DNA of 64,000 nucleotides from Podarcis erhardii (Eukaryota). The stretch lies in NCBI GenBank assembly GCA_964252035.1, contig OZ176208.1; one strand, given 5' to 3'. The notes below the pieces were generated by a model that saw only the letters and a list, made by a program, of their open reading frames with translations, was not told where the DNA came from and did no database searches. Below are positions 25,186 to 36,842 of this stretch, piece after piece (the first letter of the stretch is position 1; every line of letters begins with the position of its first letter). The position numbers were made by a program, and so were the translations under genes.

Positions 25186-25574
25186 GTATGTAGGTGTTCT
25201 CACTGTTTTACTTGAAAATTAATTTCGGATTTACTAAATATGTAAGTCAAATAATGAATATGTAAGGAAGACATTTGGGCTATATAAATATTATTTAAAA
25301 TCATCGTAATAATTAAAAGCCATTTCCATAAAAGCAATCTAACTACAATTACAAAAACTAGGCAGTAGTGGTTAAAAATAAAATCCAGCACATTACTTTA
25401 CTGCTGGTTTTAGTTTAATTTGTTCTTATTAATTTTTAACTGTAAAACCCAACATAGCTCTTTTAATCAATAGTGGGGTAGAACAGAAAAAATTAAAAGA
25501 TAATAAAGCCCTGGTAATAATCCTTGGGAGGAAGACAGAAAAATATGTCTCATTGGTGCCCACAATAATAGATA

Positions 25575-25900
25575 CTGATGGTGGACCAAGGCCAGGCCTC
25601 TCAAGCCAATGTTCCGTCCTGGGCAGATTTCTGAGAGTGTAGGCTGTCCTTCAAATAAAGCCCTACATTGTCTAGGGCTAGGTTAAGTGTCAAAACCAGT
25701 CCTTTAAATGGGGCCCAGAAACGAATTGGCAGATAATGCAATTGGTAAAATATGGGTATTAGGTGTTCCCAATGCCTGATCCCTGCAAGAATCTGGGCAG
25801 CTACCTTCTGCACCAGTGGAAGTTTCTAAACCATTTTCAAAGGCAGCCCCATGTACAACCAGTGTATTACAATAGTCTAGTCTGCATGTAACTAGCACAT
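25575..25900 (-). mobile_element. L2 ORF2 C-terminal remnant
   Basis: Frameshifted peptides LVTCRLDYCN and QKVAAQILAG..HLIPIFYQLHYLPIRF..FKGLVLT typical of L2 reverse transcriptase C-terminus. Confidence 0.75.
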
Positions 25901-25964
25901 GTAATTAAGGCAAAGTTTGCTTTCTGCAGCTACATATGCTCACTGTGTGTGTTTTCTATTCTAG

Positions 25965-26068
25965 GTCAAGTGGATACAATTTTTAATTCTCCTGTAAAAC
26001 TTTCAGATTTAGATATGGAAGCTGATGATGATATGCCCAAACCACCTCCGTATATCAGGATGACTTAA
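25965..26068 (+). CDS. CD20/MS4A-like gene, terminal coding exon 6
   Basis: ctag|GT completes the phase-1 Gly; QVDTIFNSPVKLSDLDMEADDDMPKPPPYIRMT, TAA at 26066-26068. Confidence 0.75.
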
Positions 26069-26223
26069 ATATAAATTCTAGGAGAATAAGTTTTTTTAAA
26101 AGCTCTTTATAACTTAAGAACGTTACTGAGACGTTTGTACAATTCTTAAAAGTTAAGAAATGACTGACCACTCTGAAGAGATCCTCAGAATTTCAAGACT
26201 GGTGACCTATTTTCTGTACAGTT

Positions 26224-26229
26224 AATAAA
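26224..26229 (+). terminator. candidate polyadenylation signal of the CD20/MS4A-like gene
   Basis: First AATAAA after the stop codon. Confidence 0.5.
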
Positions 26230-26865
26230 CTTAATTCTATTTTCATAAATTTTAATTTAGCCCCGTGGTGTTTATTTGACTCCTGCTGTGTAATAGAATC
26301 TTCAATAATAGCAAGCATCCTTTGAACCAGAAAAATTGTCATGGGCAAATGAGTCTTCCAAATGCAAATTTGCTTGTTCAAATGAGAATGGTGTGCAGAA
26401 ATCATAAGATTCCGTGTGATAACTGGTTTCACTGCTAGCACAGAAAGCAAAGAGTGGGCAGCTAAATACTGTGAATATTAGCCAATGCACTCTACTCCAA
26501 TGATTTCACCAATGCCCCCTGTTAGAATTTATGGATTGTGTTTTGTATGGAATTAGTATTTCATTAAAGAGGCATCAGCTTTCATATCATATGCTCCATC
26601 TGGCCTAAACTAAAGAAATCAATTTGAACATATCCCATCTTGCCCATTGGTTCTCTTCCACAGATTCATTTTTTAAAGACAAATACACATATAACTCCAG
26701 AAATAAAACACTTTTTAAATAGCCATAGGTGTGGCTGCCTGAGGCAAGCAAGAATCTTTCAGGACATGGAAGCTTCACAACACTCATAACAATGTGAATG
26801 TTTCTAAATGACAGGCAATTACAGTGGGGGAAAATGAGACAAAAGCAGAATTTTACTTGCTAGCA

Positions 26866-26871
26866 TTTATT
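26866..26871 (-). terminator. candidate RAB33B polyadenylation signal
   Basis: AATAAA on the - strand followed by U-rich sequence; several other AATAAA hexamers lie in 26271-29901. Confidence 0.35.
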
Positions 26872-28177
26872 AGTTTAAGACAGTGGCACATACTTGTGGT
26901 AATTTAAATAAATTTTTCCTTTTTGCTTTTAGAAAGAACAATTGACATTTTGTAGGTAAAGCATTATTAAATGGGGAAGCATTTTGGATTGACAACACTC
27001 TGTTTAAGATACTATCAACGTAACCGGCGCTGATAAGATGACAATGCTCAATGTTATTTTGCAATAATAAGATAGAACAATTCTATACTATACTATAGCA
27101 GTTTAAACAGTTTCAAAATAACCATTTTATCAGTATTTATGGGTGAAATCCAACATTAGTTACCAGACCTATCCTGGGAGCAATACAGGGATGTTGTCCT
27201 ATATGTTGTGTCCACATGATTTATTCTTCAACACCCTCTTCCTTCTGATTATAGAACCCTGGTTTTTATTTTTTACTTTCTTTAGGATATGATTTAATGC
27301 ACACATTATAATTACATTTGCATTAAAAGCTATCTTTTACTTAAATGGGTTAAGAAAATGAAGTAAACAGGTGAGTCCTCTAAAGAGGAGTGTAAACTAT
27401 ATTTGAGAAATATTTTAGAAATATACATTTATGAACATTTTTTCATTAAAAATCACCGAAGAGACTTCGTATTAAATAAATGGTTTCTAGAAAGTGCGTA
27501 AACCAAAAGTAAAGACACAAAACAGAGTAAAAAGAACTTCCCTTTTTCAAGTGTTGTAGAAAAACTAAACAAGAAAAACCCTGTCACTTCTGGTTATAAG
27601 CAAAATAATAATCCTATATAAACTTGGACACAATCCTCTCACATATTTGGCCCACAATGCAAGTGGATTGTGTTCCTTGCATTTTACTGATTAAGGTGCA
27701 ATCAATAGATTTTCCTAAACATAAAAGCTAGTGTTTTATACTTCACTATGCTAATGTACAACAGAATAGCACCTAGTATTTGGCAATTACAATTACAGTA
27801 ATTGTAATAATATGTCTGCCTTCAATAACATTACAGTAAAGGTTAAAACTTAGTAAGACATTTAATAAGCAGCACACAGTAGATATAAGCAAATTGGATT
27901 TGGAATATTAAGTAAATTGTTTAAGTGTTAGCCTATAATACTGATACTCCATTCTCTTAGAATAATATGTAACGGTATCTTGAATTTCATTGCTTTCCCT
28001 TTTTATGTAACCAAAAGTTATACGTAAGCTACCACAAAATGTGAAATGTAGGACACATGTGAAATAAATGAAGAATGAGGATCAAAAAGGTTACAATATG
28101 GTACTGAACAACAGAGTTAAGATTAACTCCTCCACAAGGTTCACTTATACTAAGGTTTGTAATGCTTACTTCCGAAA

Positions 28178-28305
28178 CAGCCATTGTGGTAGCCTCCAGA
28201 TGTTTTGGACTACGAGTACCACCATCCCTGTTCACTGGTCAAGCTGACTGGGAATGATGGCAGTTGTAATCCACAACATCTAGAGGGCACCATGTTGTCT
28301 CCTGC
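28178..28305. mobile_element. degenerate hAT-type MITE
   Basis: cctccagatgttttggactac..gttgtaatccacaacatctagaggg matches the 19727 family. Confidence 0.6.
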
Positions 28306-28718
28306 TGTCCTAGTTGATTAACATTGATTGATTTGTAAAATATTTGTTTTTAATACTTAAAAAACACCAGGTGGCAGCCACTGCTAACAGGATTCTAATA
28401 ACACGTTACTGTTAGCGACTTGAGCTTTCCAAGTGGAGGGAAGAGCAAGAGTACAAAGATTAAATGTAATTAAAATCAATCCCCATTATCTGTCATTCAC
28501 ACAAATAACGTATGCCATTTTCTACAGAACTGTTTTATCCCTTCCTCAATATTTGTAGCTTTAATATTTTATTAGTCAATAAAAGCTCAAATTCCTTTCT
28601 TTAGTGGGTGATGGTCCTAATTAGCAACAATAGATATACAAGGCTGGAGCTATATTTGTGCAAGGAGATGAAGACAGGCACCAGGATTTCTCCACTTGCC
28701 AATTACTCAGTACTGGAA

Positions 28719-28953
28719 AAATTCCTTCCAGTAGCACCTTAAAGACCAACTGAGTTAGTTCTAGGTATGAGCTTTCGTGTGCATGCACACTTCTTCAGAA
28801 GTGAAGAAGTGAAGAACTGTTACTAAAAACACTCGTGCATGCACACGAAAGCTCATACCTAGAACTAACTCAGTTGGTCTTTAAGGTGCTACTGGAAGGA
28901 ATTTTTTTATTTTGTTTTGACCATGGCAGACCAACACGGCTACCTATCTGTAA
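28719..28953 (+). mobile_element. Penelope-like fold-back insertion, copy 3
   Basis: 72-bp perfect arms (28717-28788 / 28835-28906), 46-nt loop, 12-bp TSD TCAGTACTGGAA at 28707-28718 and 28954-28965. Confidence 0.85.
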
Positions 28954-30560
28954 TCAGTACTGGAAGGCTGAATCGGGCGCTTGTGCCAGTAGTGCATGTT
29001 ACACAATGAACACAGGAAAGCCCACCTATCCCTTACACCTTTAGCTTGAGCTGCCCAGAAGTGGAGGGCAGTTATTATAGCAGAAATGTCTACGCAAAAT
29101 CATCAAGCAAGAAATCTTGTAAGTTCAGCTCTAAACACTTTATAGATAGACACTCTGTGCTGCAAATAGATTTGAAGATACCTCTTAACTGTTACTAAAA
29201 ACAAGCTGCTAATACTACTTATGGAAAACAGCCACTTTCATTCATATTTTATGTATTTATTTTTGATACTATGAGATGATATAGACCGCCCCTTCCATAT
29301 GTTCATAGCTAAGGCACACAAGTAGTGTTTTTTTTTACAAATTGTAGATTCTGAAGTTCAGTTGCTCCTACTTTATGCTATTTCAAAAGCAAAACATAGT
29401 GAGTCAACCACACAGAATAGCATATGATTTTCCCTATATTATTTGCAGTCTACATTTGAGTTCACTGTTTGTTTTTAGTAGGATAAACCATGCATTCCTA
29501 AGACTTTTACCTTGGCCATTTGCTTCATAGTATTCCATTGGGGTAGTAAAAATACCCCAATCAACTCTCACGTTTTGGCATTTTGTATGTTGTGTAGGTT
29601 ATAACCACTGCTAATAATGAAAGTCAAACAATACACCTTAAGTTACATCATAATGTTATGAATATGAATGATACATTTTTAGAATTTTGTTAGAGCTTTT
29701 TAAAAAGTTACAGTATTTAGGGAGAATCTGAACTACAAGATCTGGCGTTCCTACTGATGGCTTCGCCTCCAGAGCAATGCCACAATTGAGTGGATACTTT
29801 CTGATCTCTTGTGGTTACATCAGAAATAAACAATCCACTACAGCTTCAGTTTTCAATGCAATTTCCAATGTTCCATGAGATTCACATGATTTCATTTTAT
29901 TGTGCAAAAGATAACCCTGGATATTTTTCCAATGTCATTTCTGTCTCACATATAAAGAAGAATACAAAACTATGAGGGCCATCAAACATAACTTTACACA
30001 GAAAGTAAACTCCGGAGAGCTTCACTTGCTTTCATAATTAACTAACCTAGAGTTTAGGTAAAGTAATGAGATGAAGGCAAGAGGTAAAGTAATGAGATGA
30101 AGGCAAATCATTCCATTGCATGATTAAGACATATGATAGAAGTACAATTCACAAATCAATTTACAACATTATCTAAAAGTAATTCACTTAAAATTATCAA
30201 GTCATACTACTCTTTGGGTTTCTATAGAACCGTGATCTGCTCAAATTGAATGCTAAAGGCATCAGTGATTTGACCTAACCTACACATTTCTATTTTAGTG
30301 GAGAAAAGATCTCAGAACTAAGCTACTTCAATGGGACCAGAGTCAAGCTTCACAAATCTAACTTCCATAAATCTTCAGTAATTTAGATGACACAGTTAAC
30401 AAAGTGCAGAGATAAGAGTGGCACACATCCAGATGTGAGGACATACAATAAAGTGCCCAGCAGATTAAATGTAATTTCTACTAAACTGGAACATTACCAA
30501 CACCATACTCTCAAAGCACTGGCAAACAGACCAAAGTGATGACTACAAAAATACTGTGAG

Positions 30561-31001
30561 CTAACACCAACATGGCATGGCGGGTTTTACTGCAGGTTCT
30601 AAGTGAATTGTGTTATCGGGTAGCTGACTAAGCATGAGTGGCTTGTGACTCTTGAGCTTATGGGCCAGGGTCATAAATATGGCTTCCACATGATCATTGT
30701 CATTAGGGTTTTTAGCAGATGTTTCAAACAGTGGCATGCTATGAGTGTCAGCAAATTTCTGAGCCATGTCCGTAGGGACCTGAATTGCACTTCTCAGATC
30801 ACATTTATTTCCAACCAAAATCCGGGGTATATCATTGGTGAGCAAGTGTTGTTTGCATTCCTCGATCCACAGTGGCAAACTATGGAAACTGGCAATATTT
30901 GTCATATCATATACAAAAACGACTGCATGTACATTCCTGTAATAGTGCTGTACCATGCTCTTCCTGAATCGCTCCTGCCCTGCCGTATCCCAGAGCTGAA
31001 T
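30561..31001 (-). CDS. RAB33B: RAB33B exon 2
   Basis: ctag|ATT; [35 protein letters not shown]. Confidence 0.96.
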   Translation of the reverse strand: MQLWDTAGQERFRKSMVQHYYRNVHAVVFVYDMTNIASFHSLPLWIEECKQHLLTNDIPRILVGNKCDLRSAIQVPTDMAQKFADTHSMPLFETSAKNPNDNDHVEAIFMTLAHKLKSHKPLMLSQLPDNTIHLEPAVKPAMPCWC

Positions 31002-32003
31002 CTAGATGTACCGAGAAGGGGAGAGAAACAAGAAAAACAAAATGATTTCACTCATGCTGGTGGAAAGACATAATTTCAACTTTAACTCAACAGTATTTTT
31101 ATATTGCTATGATTTCTGTTCATGAGGGTCTTTAAGGTCAGTGGTTTTATATCTCAGCAACAGCAACAAAACATAAATGAAAACTTTTGCTGTGAAGTTT
31201 CCTGCAAACACCTTTTTATACACCAGCTTTTCAAAAACAGTTATACTAAATATTAGTAATTGTGTGTCTTTTACTGTAGATGAAGGTATTGCAGGAATTA
31301 AGAGCTTGCCAAGAAATTCACATTGTGAGATGAGAATTAAGTTTAATTAGGATCTATGTGATTTAAAAATCAGCATGCTTACATTTCAATTGAAAAGAAG
31401 AGGTGTCATTGCTTAACATACTGTACATGTATAAGGATGACACAACTTTCCATTTAAGCACTAGCTGGTAACCAGGAATTCCATGCAGCTGGTTGCATGG
31501 AAGCTCTACCTCTCTGCACCCAGCATAGAAACCACATGTTGCTAGAGGTGGGATGAAGAATTCTGCAAGGCCCTAGCAAACTAGCATTATGTGTTTGCAA
31601 ACTTTTGTGAGCTTATTTAAACACTGGGATAAAGAGATGCAATAGGCCACAGGTTTGACTAAATATGAGCACATCTTCAAAACTGTGTGATGTTAATACA
31701 TGTTCAGCACTCAGCACATGAACAACAGTTAGTTAGACCAAGGGGCTCAGAGGTGCAACTAACAGAATGTTTACAGGTGCAACTATAGGGCTCAGCGATG
31801 AAGCTCACGGGGGGGGGGGGGCCTTCCTCAAGTTACCGTACTCAGATTGTTGCAAACACAAATCTTGATTCAGGGGAAGCAGCTGAGATACAAGTATAAC
31901 AATATTTTTGGCCGTGTGTCAGCTCCACACAGCATGGATGAGCAACAGGACTAGAGTTGTCCACTCCTGTCCTGCCAGGTGGCATGGTGTAAAAGAGGTC
32001 CTA

Positions 32004-32060
32004 GATCATAGAGTCGGAAAGGACCACGAGGGTCATCTAGTCCAACCCGTGGCAATGCAG
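32004..32060 (-). mobile_element. CR1-type 3' tail fragment
   Basis: Reverse reads ctgcattgccacgggttggactagatgaccctcgtggtcctttccgactctatga; same tail as 52140-52203 and 56100-56160. Confidence 0.7.
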
Positions 32061-32180
32061 ACATCTTTCACCACCTGCACCTATAACAGTATTGCAGCAG
32101 AGGAAATCTCAGCAGACGTCGCTTGCCGAGGCAAAGCACCTGCCTTTTCTGCACACACCTGTTAAAGGAGCAGCAGCAGC

Positions 32181-32990
32181 CCCGGACTCCCTGCCCCTTT
32201 GCATCTACTACGCGCCAGCTGCAAGGCAGCCGGCAGAACAGCCCCGGAGCCTGGCAGGGGAAAAGCAGCCCGAGGAGGCGACCTCGGCTTTCCGCACCTT
32301 GATGCGCTCCCCGTCGATGTCGACGGCGCGTTCTCGGAAATCCACCCCGATGGTGGCCTCGGTGCGCTCCGGGAAGCGGCCCGCGCAAAAGCGGAAAGTG
32401 AGGCACGTTTTGCCCACGTTCGAGTCCCCGATGACGATGATCTTGAAGATGCGGGAGCGCGCGGGGGGCAACGTCCCCGGCCCCGCGTAGCTGCTCGACA
32501 GGCTCAGCTCCAGCGACGACTCCACCTCGCCCGCCGCCGCCGCCGCCATCGCCGCCGGGCCCAAGAAGGCGCCTTCCGCTGCGCCGAGTCACTCGCGGCT
32601 TAGTCGCTCAGGCCCAACCTGGCGGAGGGATTCGCGTCGCGGCGGGGAGGCGAAAAAGGCCCGCGCGCCCCCGTCGCTCGCTCGCGCGTGCCCATTTCCC
32701 CCCTCCCTGACAAGCCGCTTCGCTTCCGCACCTGAGGGCGGCGGCTGCCGCTTCACGCGTGTTAAGCCACGTAGGAGGAACAGCTCCGCCCCTTTCGCGG
32801 CATAGGCCGGGCCTGATAGGCGAAGAAAGGCGAGGCCGTGGAAAGGGGCGTTTCCGGTCGCCTCAGCAGGGGGGGAAACAGGGACGACGGGAACACGAAA
32901 GCTCGCGAGAAGTGGGATGTTATGGACGCGGCTTTAAATGGCGGGTTGGGGGCGGCAGCGGCCATCTGGCTGTCATTGTTGGCCAGCGCT
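32181..32990 (-). promoter_or_regulatory. CpG island / RAB33B promoter
   Basis: Abrupt GC- and CpG-rich island over exon 1 and upstream in an otherwise CpG-poor window; GC box ctccgccc near 32784. Confidence 0.85.
32298..32549 (-). CDS. RAB33B: RAB33B exon 1
   Basis: ATG at 32549-32547 (gcgATGG); [39 protein letters not shown]; AAG|gtgcgg. Confidence 0.95.
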
Positions 32991-35041
32991 AAGCTCGTGC
33001 CAGTCTCCTCAGTACAAGAGCGCTTCCCACCCCTGGCTGTCTCTTTCTCTCGTCCCCAGATATACAAGCGGGAGTCACCCGGCGAGACTGATGGGCAGAA
33101 AGTTCCCAGAAAAGCCAATCCCCCCCCCCGACCAAGCTGTAAAACTTGCAGCGCCTCTGGCACTAGCTGTGGGGAAAGCCATGAACATCAGCTTCCGGCT
33201 GGGCACTGGACCCACAGGGCTCTTCCTAGCCAAGATCTGTTGCTCCCACAACTGATGGAAAAGGGTGAAAAAGTAGACCACGCTCTTGCGCCTTTAAACA
33301 GCTGGGTAGATAGAAGAGTGAATTTCGGTACTGGTAGGAAGCTGCCAAAAAGGAAACTTCAGGTCAACCTGCTGAATCGCCCTTCTGCAGTTAGAAAAGA
33401 TGCAGGAACAGTGTCTTATTTTTTACCTGTAGTTCCAGCTCATGGCAAAGATCAGCTACCCTGGGCAATACATGAGCCTTTGAGCAGTAGCTTCTATTTA
33501 CATATTGTTCTCTCCTTTCCTGCTGGAGCCAGTGCTTTTCAGCAGAAACCCTCCTCCAAGCTCCTCATATTCCTTTTTCTAAAAACCCAGCAACTTTGTC
33601 CATCTTCACTTGTTTTGCATAATTAATTTTGTTTCTCAGGGGGTCAAAGTACAATGGAGCACCACCCCTTGCTCAGCTCCTCTGCCTGCTTAAGTGGACA
33701 ATATATTTTAAAAAACCTAACACAACCCTATACTTGCTTACAACAGAGCAAGTACCACCAAAATCAGTGAAATGTGTTTCCAAGTAGACCAGCATATGAT
33801 TATTATGCCTCTGGGCTGCCTTGGTTTTGCCTTCCTATAGGTTACACTGATCATTTTTTAATGACCCACTACAAAAGGTGTGCATGCGTGCTGCTTAAAT
33901 AGTAATGACCAGATTACTGTGACTTTTTATGTGTATATGATACCCACTATATACCTACCTCCAAAATTTATGTCACTGCAAGATCACACAGTTGTAACTA
34001 TAATGAAACATGCTATCCTTGCTAAAAACAAAAGCCACAAATGAGTGATCTATGTTGTAGGATCTCAGCACTTAAGAGAGTTTTAGTTGACCAACTATCA
34101 CTGGAAGAGGAAAAACAAAGGTGTAAATTATTAACCCAAGCCCATCTGCTCTTAGCAGAGCACTTTTGAAATAATGTGGCATCCTGAAAGACAATAGGGC
34201 TAATTCTAGAGTAGTTTCCATGGAATATCATGACTACAGCAAGTATTTCCTGAAGGGTTGGCTGGATAATAAAGTGGCTAAGTTAAGGGGAAGAAAAACA
34301 AGCACATAGGATACTAAGGTTTCCAGATAGGTAACACTGAATATTTGTAGACTAGGCATGATATTCAGCTCTTGGTTTGAATGTAATGTAGCAGAGTGTC
34401 TCAGTAGCAGACAGCAAAATTATTTTCTTGGAAATATTAGTCCATGAAAATATTGTAGTACAGTTAACACAAAGTTATGACAAACTTCTTTTGTTCAGAG
34501 ATGTATATATGCCAAAAGGGCAAGGCTCTAGATGAATGACAAGTCAATACTTTCCTTTAACATTTTTTCTTATCACAGAAAGAGTAATGATCTCTCTAAA
34601 GAGATGTACAGCAGTGAAAACCATGAAGTGTCAACTGTCAAGTTTCTCATACTACAAATTATTTTTACCATTTTCTACACTGTGCCTTAGATTTCTTATC
34701 CCAAACTTCATAGCTTATAAAAGTTCTCATTTAAATTTGTAGTCTTCATAAAGATGTTGTATTTTGCAGAGATATTTACTATTAACTCTAGGAATGGAAC
34801 CATTACTGCCAAGTTGCAAATTACTGTTCACAACAGCAGCCATTGTGGGTTAGCTTTATTGGAGAAGAGGGGCAGGAAGGGGAAATAGTGTCTCCAAGCA
34901 CTGCTGCATTATGCATTGTGGGATTTCACCAACACTAACAAAAAGCTATTATAAGTAATTCATGTTACACTGGTCTTGCACTACATCTCTTCCGACAGCA
35001 GTTTGCAAATTCTATAGCCACACAGCTCTTTTTCAAAACAT

Positions 35042-35047
35042 TTTATT
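35042..35047 (-). terminator. candidate NAA15 polyadenylation signal
   Basis: AATAAA on the - strand about 1.2 kb after the stop; another at 34855-34860. Confidence 0.4.
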
Positions 35048-35151
35048 GCATTATATTTGGTACCTTATGTTTGACAAAGGAAATTACATCTGTAACTGCA
35101 GGAATAAGAAGCTTGTCTGTTATTGAAAAAAAATCTCGGGCCCGTTAAAAG

Positions 35152-35291
35152 NNNNNNNNNNNNNNNNNNNNNNNNNNNNNNNNNNNNNNNNNNNNNNNNN
35201 NNNNNNNNNNNNNNNNNNNNNNNNNNNNNNNNNNNNNNNNNNNNNNNNNNNNNNNNNNNNNNNNNNNNNNNNNNNNNNNNNNNNNNNNNNN
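35152..35291. other. assembly gap (140 N)
   Basis: Run of n. Confidence 0.99.
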
Positions 35292-36243
35292 TGAACAAGG
35301 CCTGCTGAGGTTTTAAACAATTAGTCTCTCGATCAGTCACAAATTGGAAGTCAGGAGTTCCCCTCTTTGAATTTTCAAGCCATAGTTATGTTCATTTATA
35401 TTTTCACTGTACGTGAAAAATACATGCTGTCTTTTTAATGAGTTGGTGCCACATCACAGTGCATAATTTCATTTGGTTCTTGCATTACAGTTTTAACATG
35501 TACAGCCAAATGATGCTGTCATCATGCTCATCTCCTGAACAGCAGTGTTGATTTGTTTTCAAATTTTAATAAAAACAAAGTATGTTCTAACTGGTTCCTT
35601 CATTTAAAAACTGTGGTGCAAGAACACCAAACTGATCACGTGCAGTGAATTTCGGAGACACAACAAGCTAATTGAACACCTTATGTTTCGTTATTTTGCT
35701 TCATATTTTAAGTCCCAGTCTCTACAACAGCATTATATATGTATTGCAGGTTTGTCTGCAAATAGTGATTCACATTGCATACTTCCAAAGGGTAGAATCA
35801 TCTCTGTATCAAAATCAGTCAGATGTTAAAGCCCCAACAACTCTTTGTGCTCAGTGAAAAGGATCCAGTGCTAAAACAGCATTTTTGCTGTCTGAGATAG
35901 TCATCTCAACAAGACAAATTTAAAGTAATATTTCTGCCACACACCTGCTCCAATGGGTGTTAAGCCTTCAGATTCCATATAAATTAGTTTAAAATGGGGT
36001 ATGTAGATAAAGGATACTTTTCAATTTTAGCAGTGCTTAGTTTTTCTTTTAACTGAGCCACCTATATCCAGTAATACGTTACTTTATATTATATACTCGT
36101 CAGCAGGATAAAAAAAGTAAAACTTTGAAGGCAACCATTTTTACTCCTTCCATTCTGTGTAGGTTAGAACAATTCAGCAGGTGCGTGACAAAAATATTAT
36201 ACACCAGATACGGTCCAAAATCATTCCACTCCTTTAAAAAAGT

Positions 36244-36444
<201 letters not shown>

Positions 36445-36744
36445 CTAAAATGTGAGAACATAGTGTTAATCCTTTTAACAGATCCTGTATATCAATTCAC
36501 ATTACTGCTAGTTCTGTTTTCATTATTTTAAAAGATTATTTTCTTGCTTGAATGTTTAATATTTACATGTTTCTTACCTTACATTAGAATACTATGAAAA
36601 GGATGCTTTTTCCGCTCCCTAGAGATTTTATTAAATATTACAAGTTCCACTAACTGCAGAGCTCTTTTAACCAAGGGTTTGTTGTATCATTTAGAAAATC
36701 TGATGCTAAGATAATAAATCATTCTGTATATCAGACATATTTAC

Positions 36745-36842
36745 CTGAAGATTTCTGTTTGTGAGGGATTCATCAAGGCAAGTTGCCAGCTCCACAGCTC
36801 TTTTCTGGCTAGTAGAATCCAAATAATACACCATTTTGGCAG
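36745..36842 (-). CDS. NAA15: NAA15 exon 19
   Basis: [32 protein letters not shown]. Confidence 0.95.

Larger units (their letters stand above)
19156..26068 (+). other. unnamed gene, 6 coding exons, 224-aa four-TM CD20/MS4A/sarcospan-like membrane protein
   Basis: join(19156..19320,21485..21544,23333..23470,24045..24191,25125..25185,25965..26068): all GT-AG, phases compatible, no internal stop, strong Kozak (GAAATGG) with upstream in-frame TGA, four hydrophobic helices, AATAAA at 26224-26229. Confidence 0.85.
30561..32549 (-). other. RAB33B: RAB33B gene span (2 coding exons, 230 aa)
   Basis: complement(join(30561..31001,32298..32549)); Rab GTPase motifs [26 protein letters not shown]; C-terminal CWC; synteny with NAA15 and SETD7. 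Confidence 0.96.

Noticed and set aside
7009-28953. CRISPR-like or prokaryotic repeat system
   Set aside because: The repeats are dispersed palindromic retroelement ends with TSDs in a eukaryotic genome; no repeat-spacer array or cas genes
30645-31073. 142-aa + strand ORF
   Set aside because: Antisense shadow of RAB33B exon 2
32068-33163. Several overlapping 105-174 aa ORFs around RAB33B exon 1
   Set aside because: Shadow or antisense frames of GC-rich sequence
32838-33626. 262-aa + strand ORF divergent from RAB33B
   Set aside because: GTG start, begins in the stop-poor CpG island, no recognisable domain; likely chance, though a divergent non-coding RNA is not excluded
35065-35340. ORFs containing X runs
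   Set aside because: Artefacts of the 140-N gap
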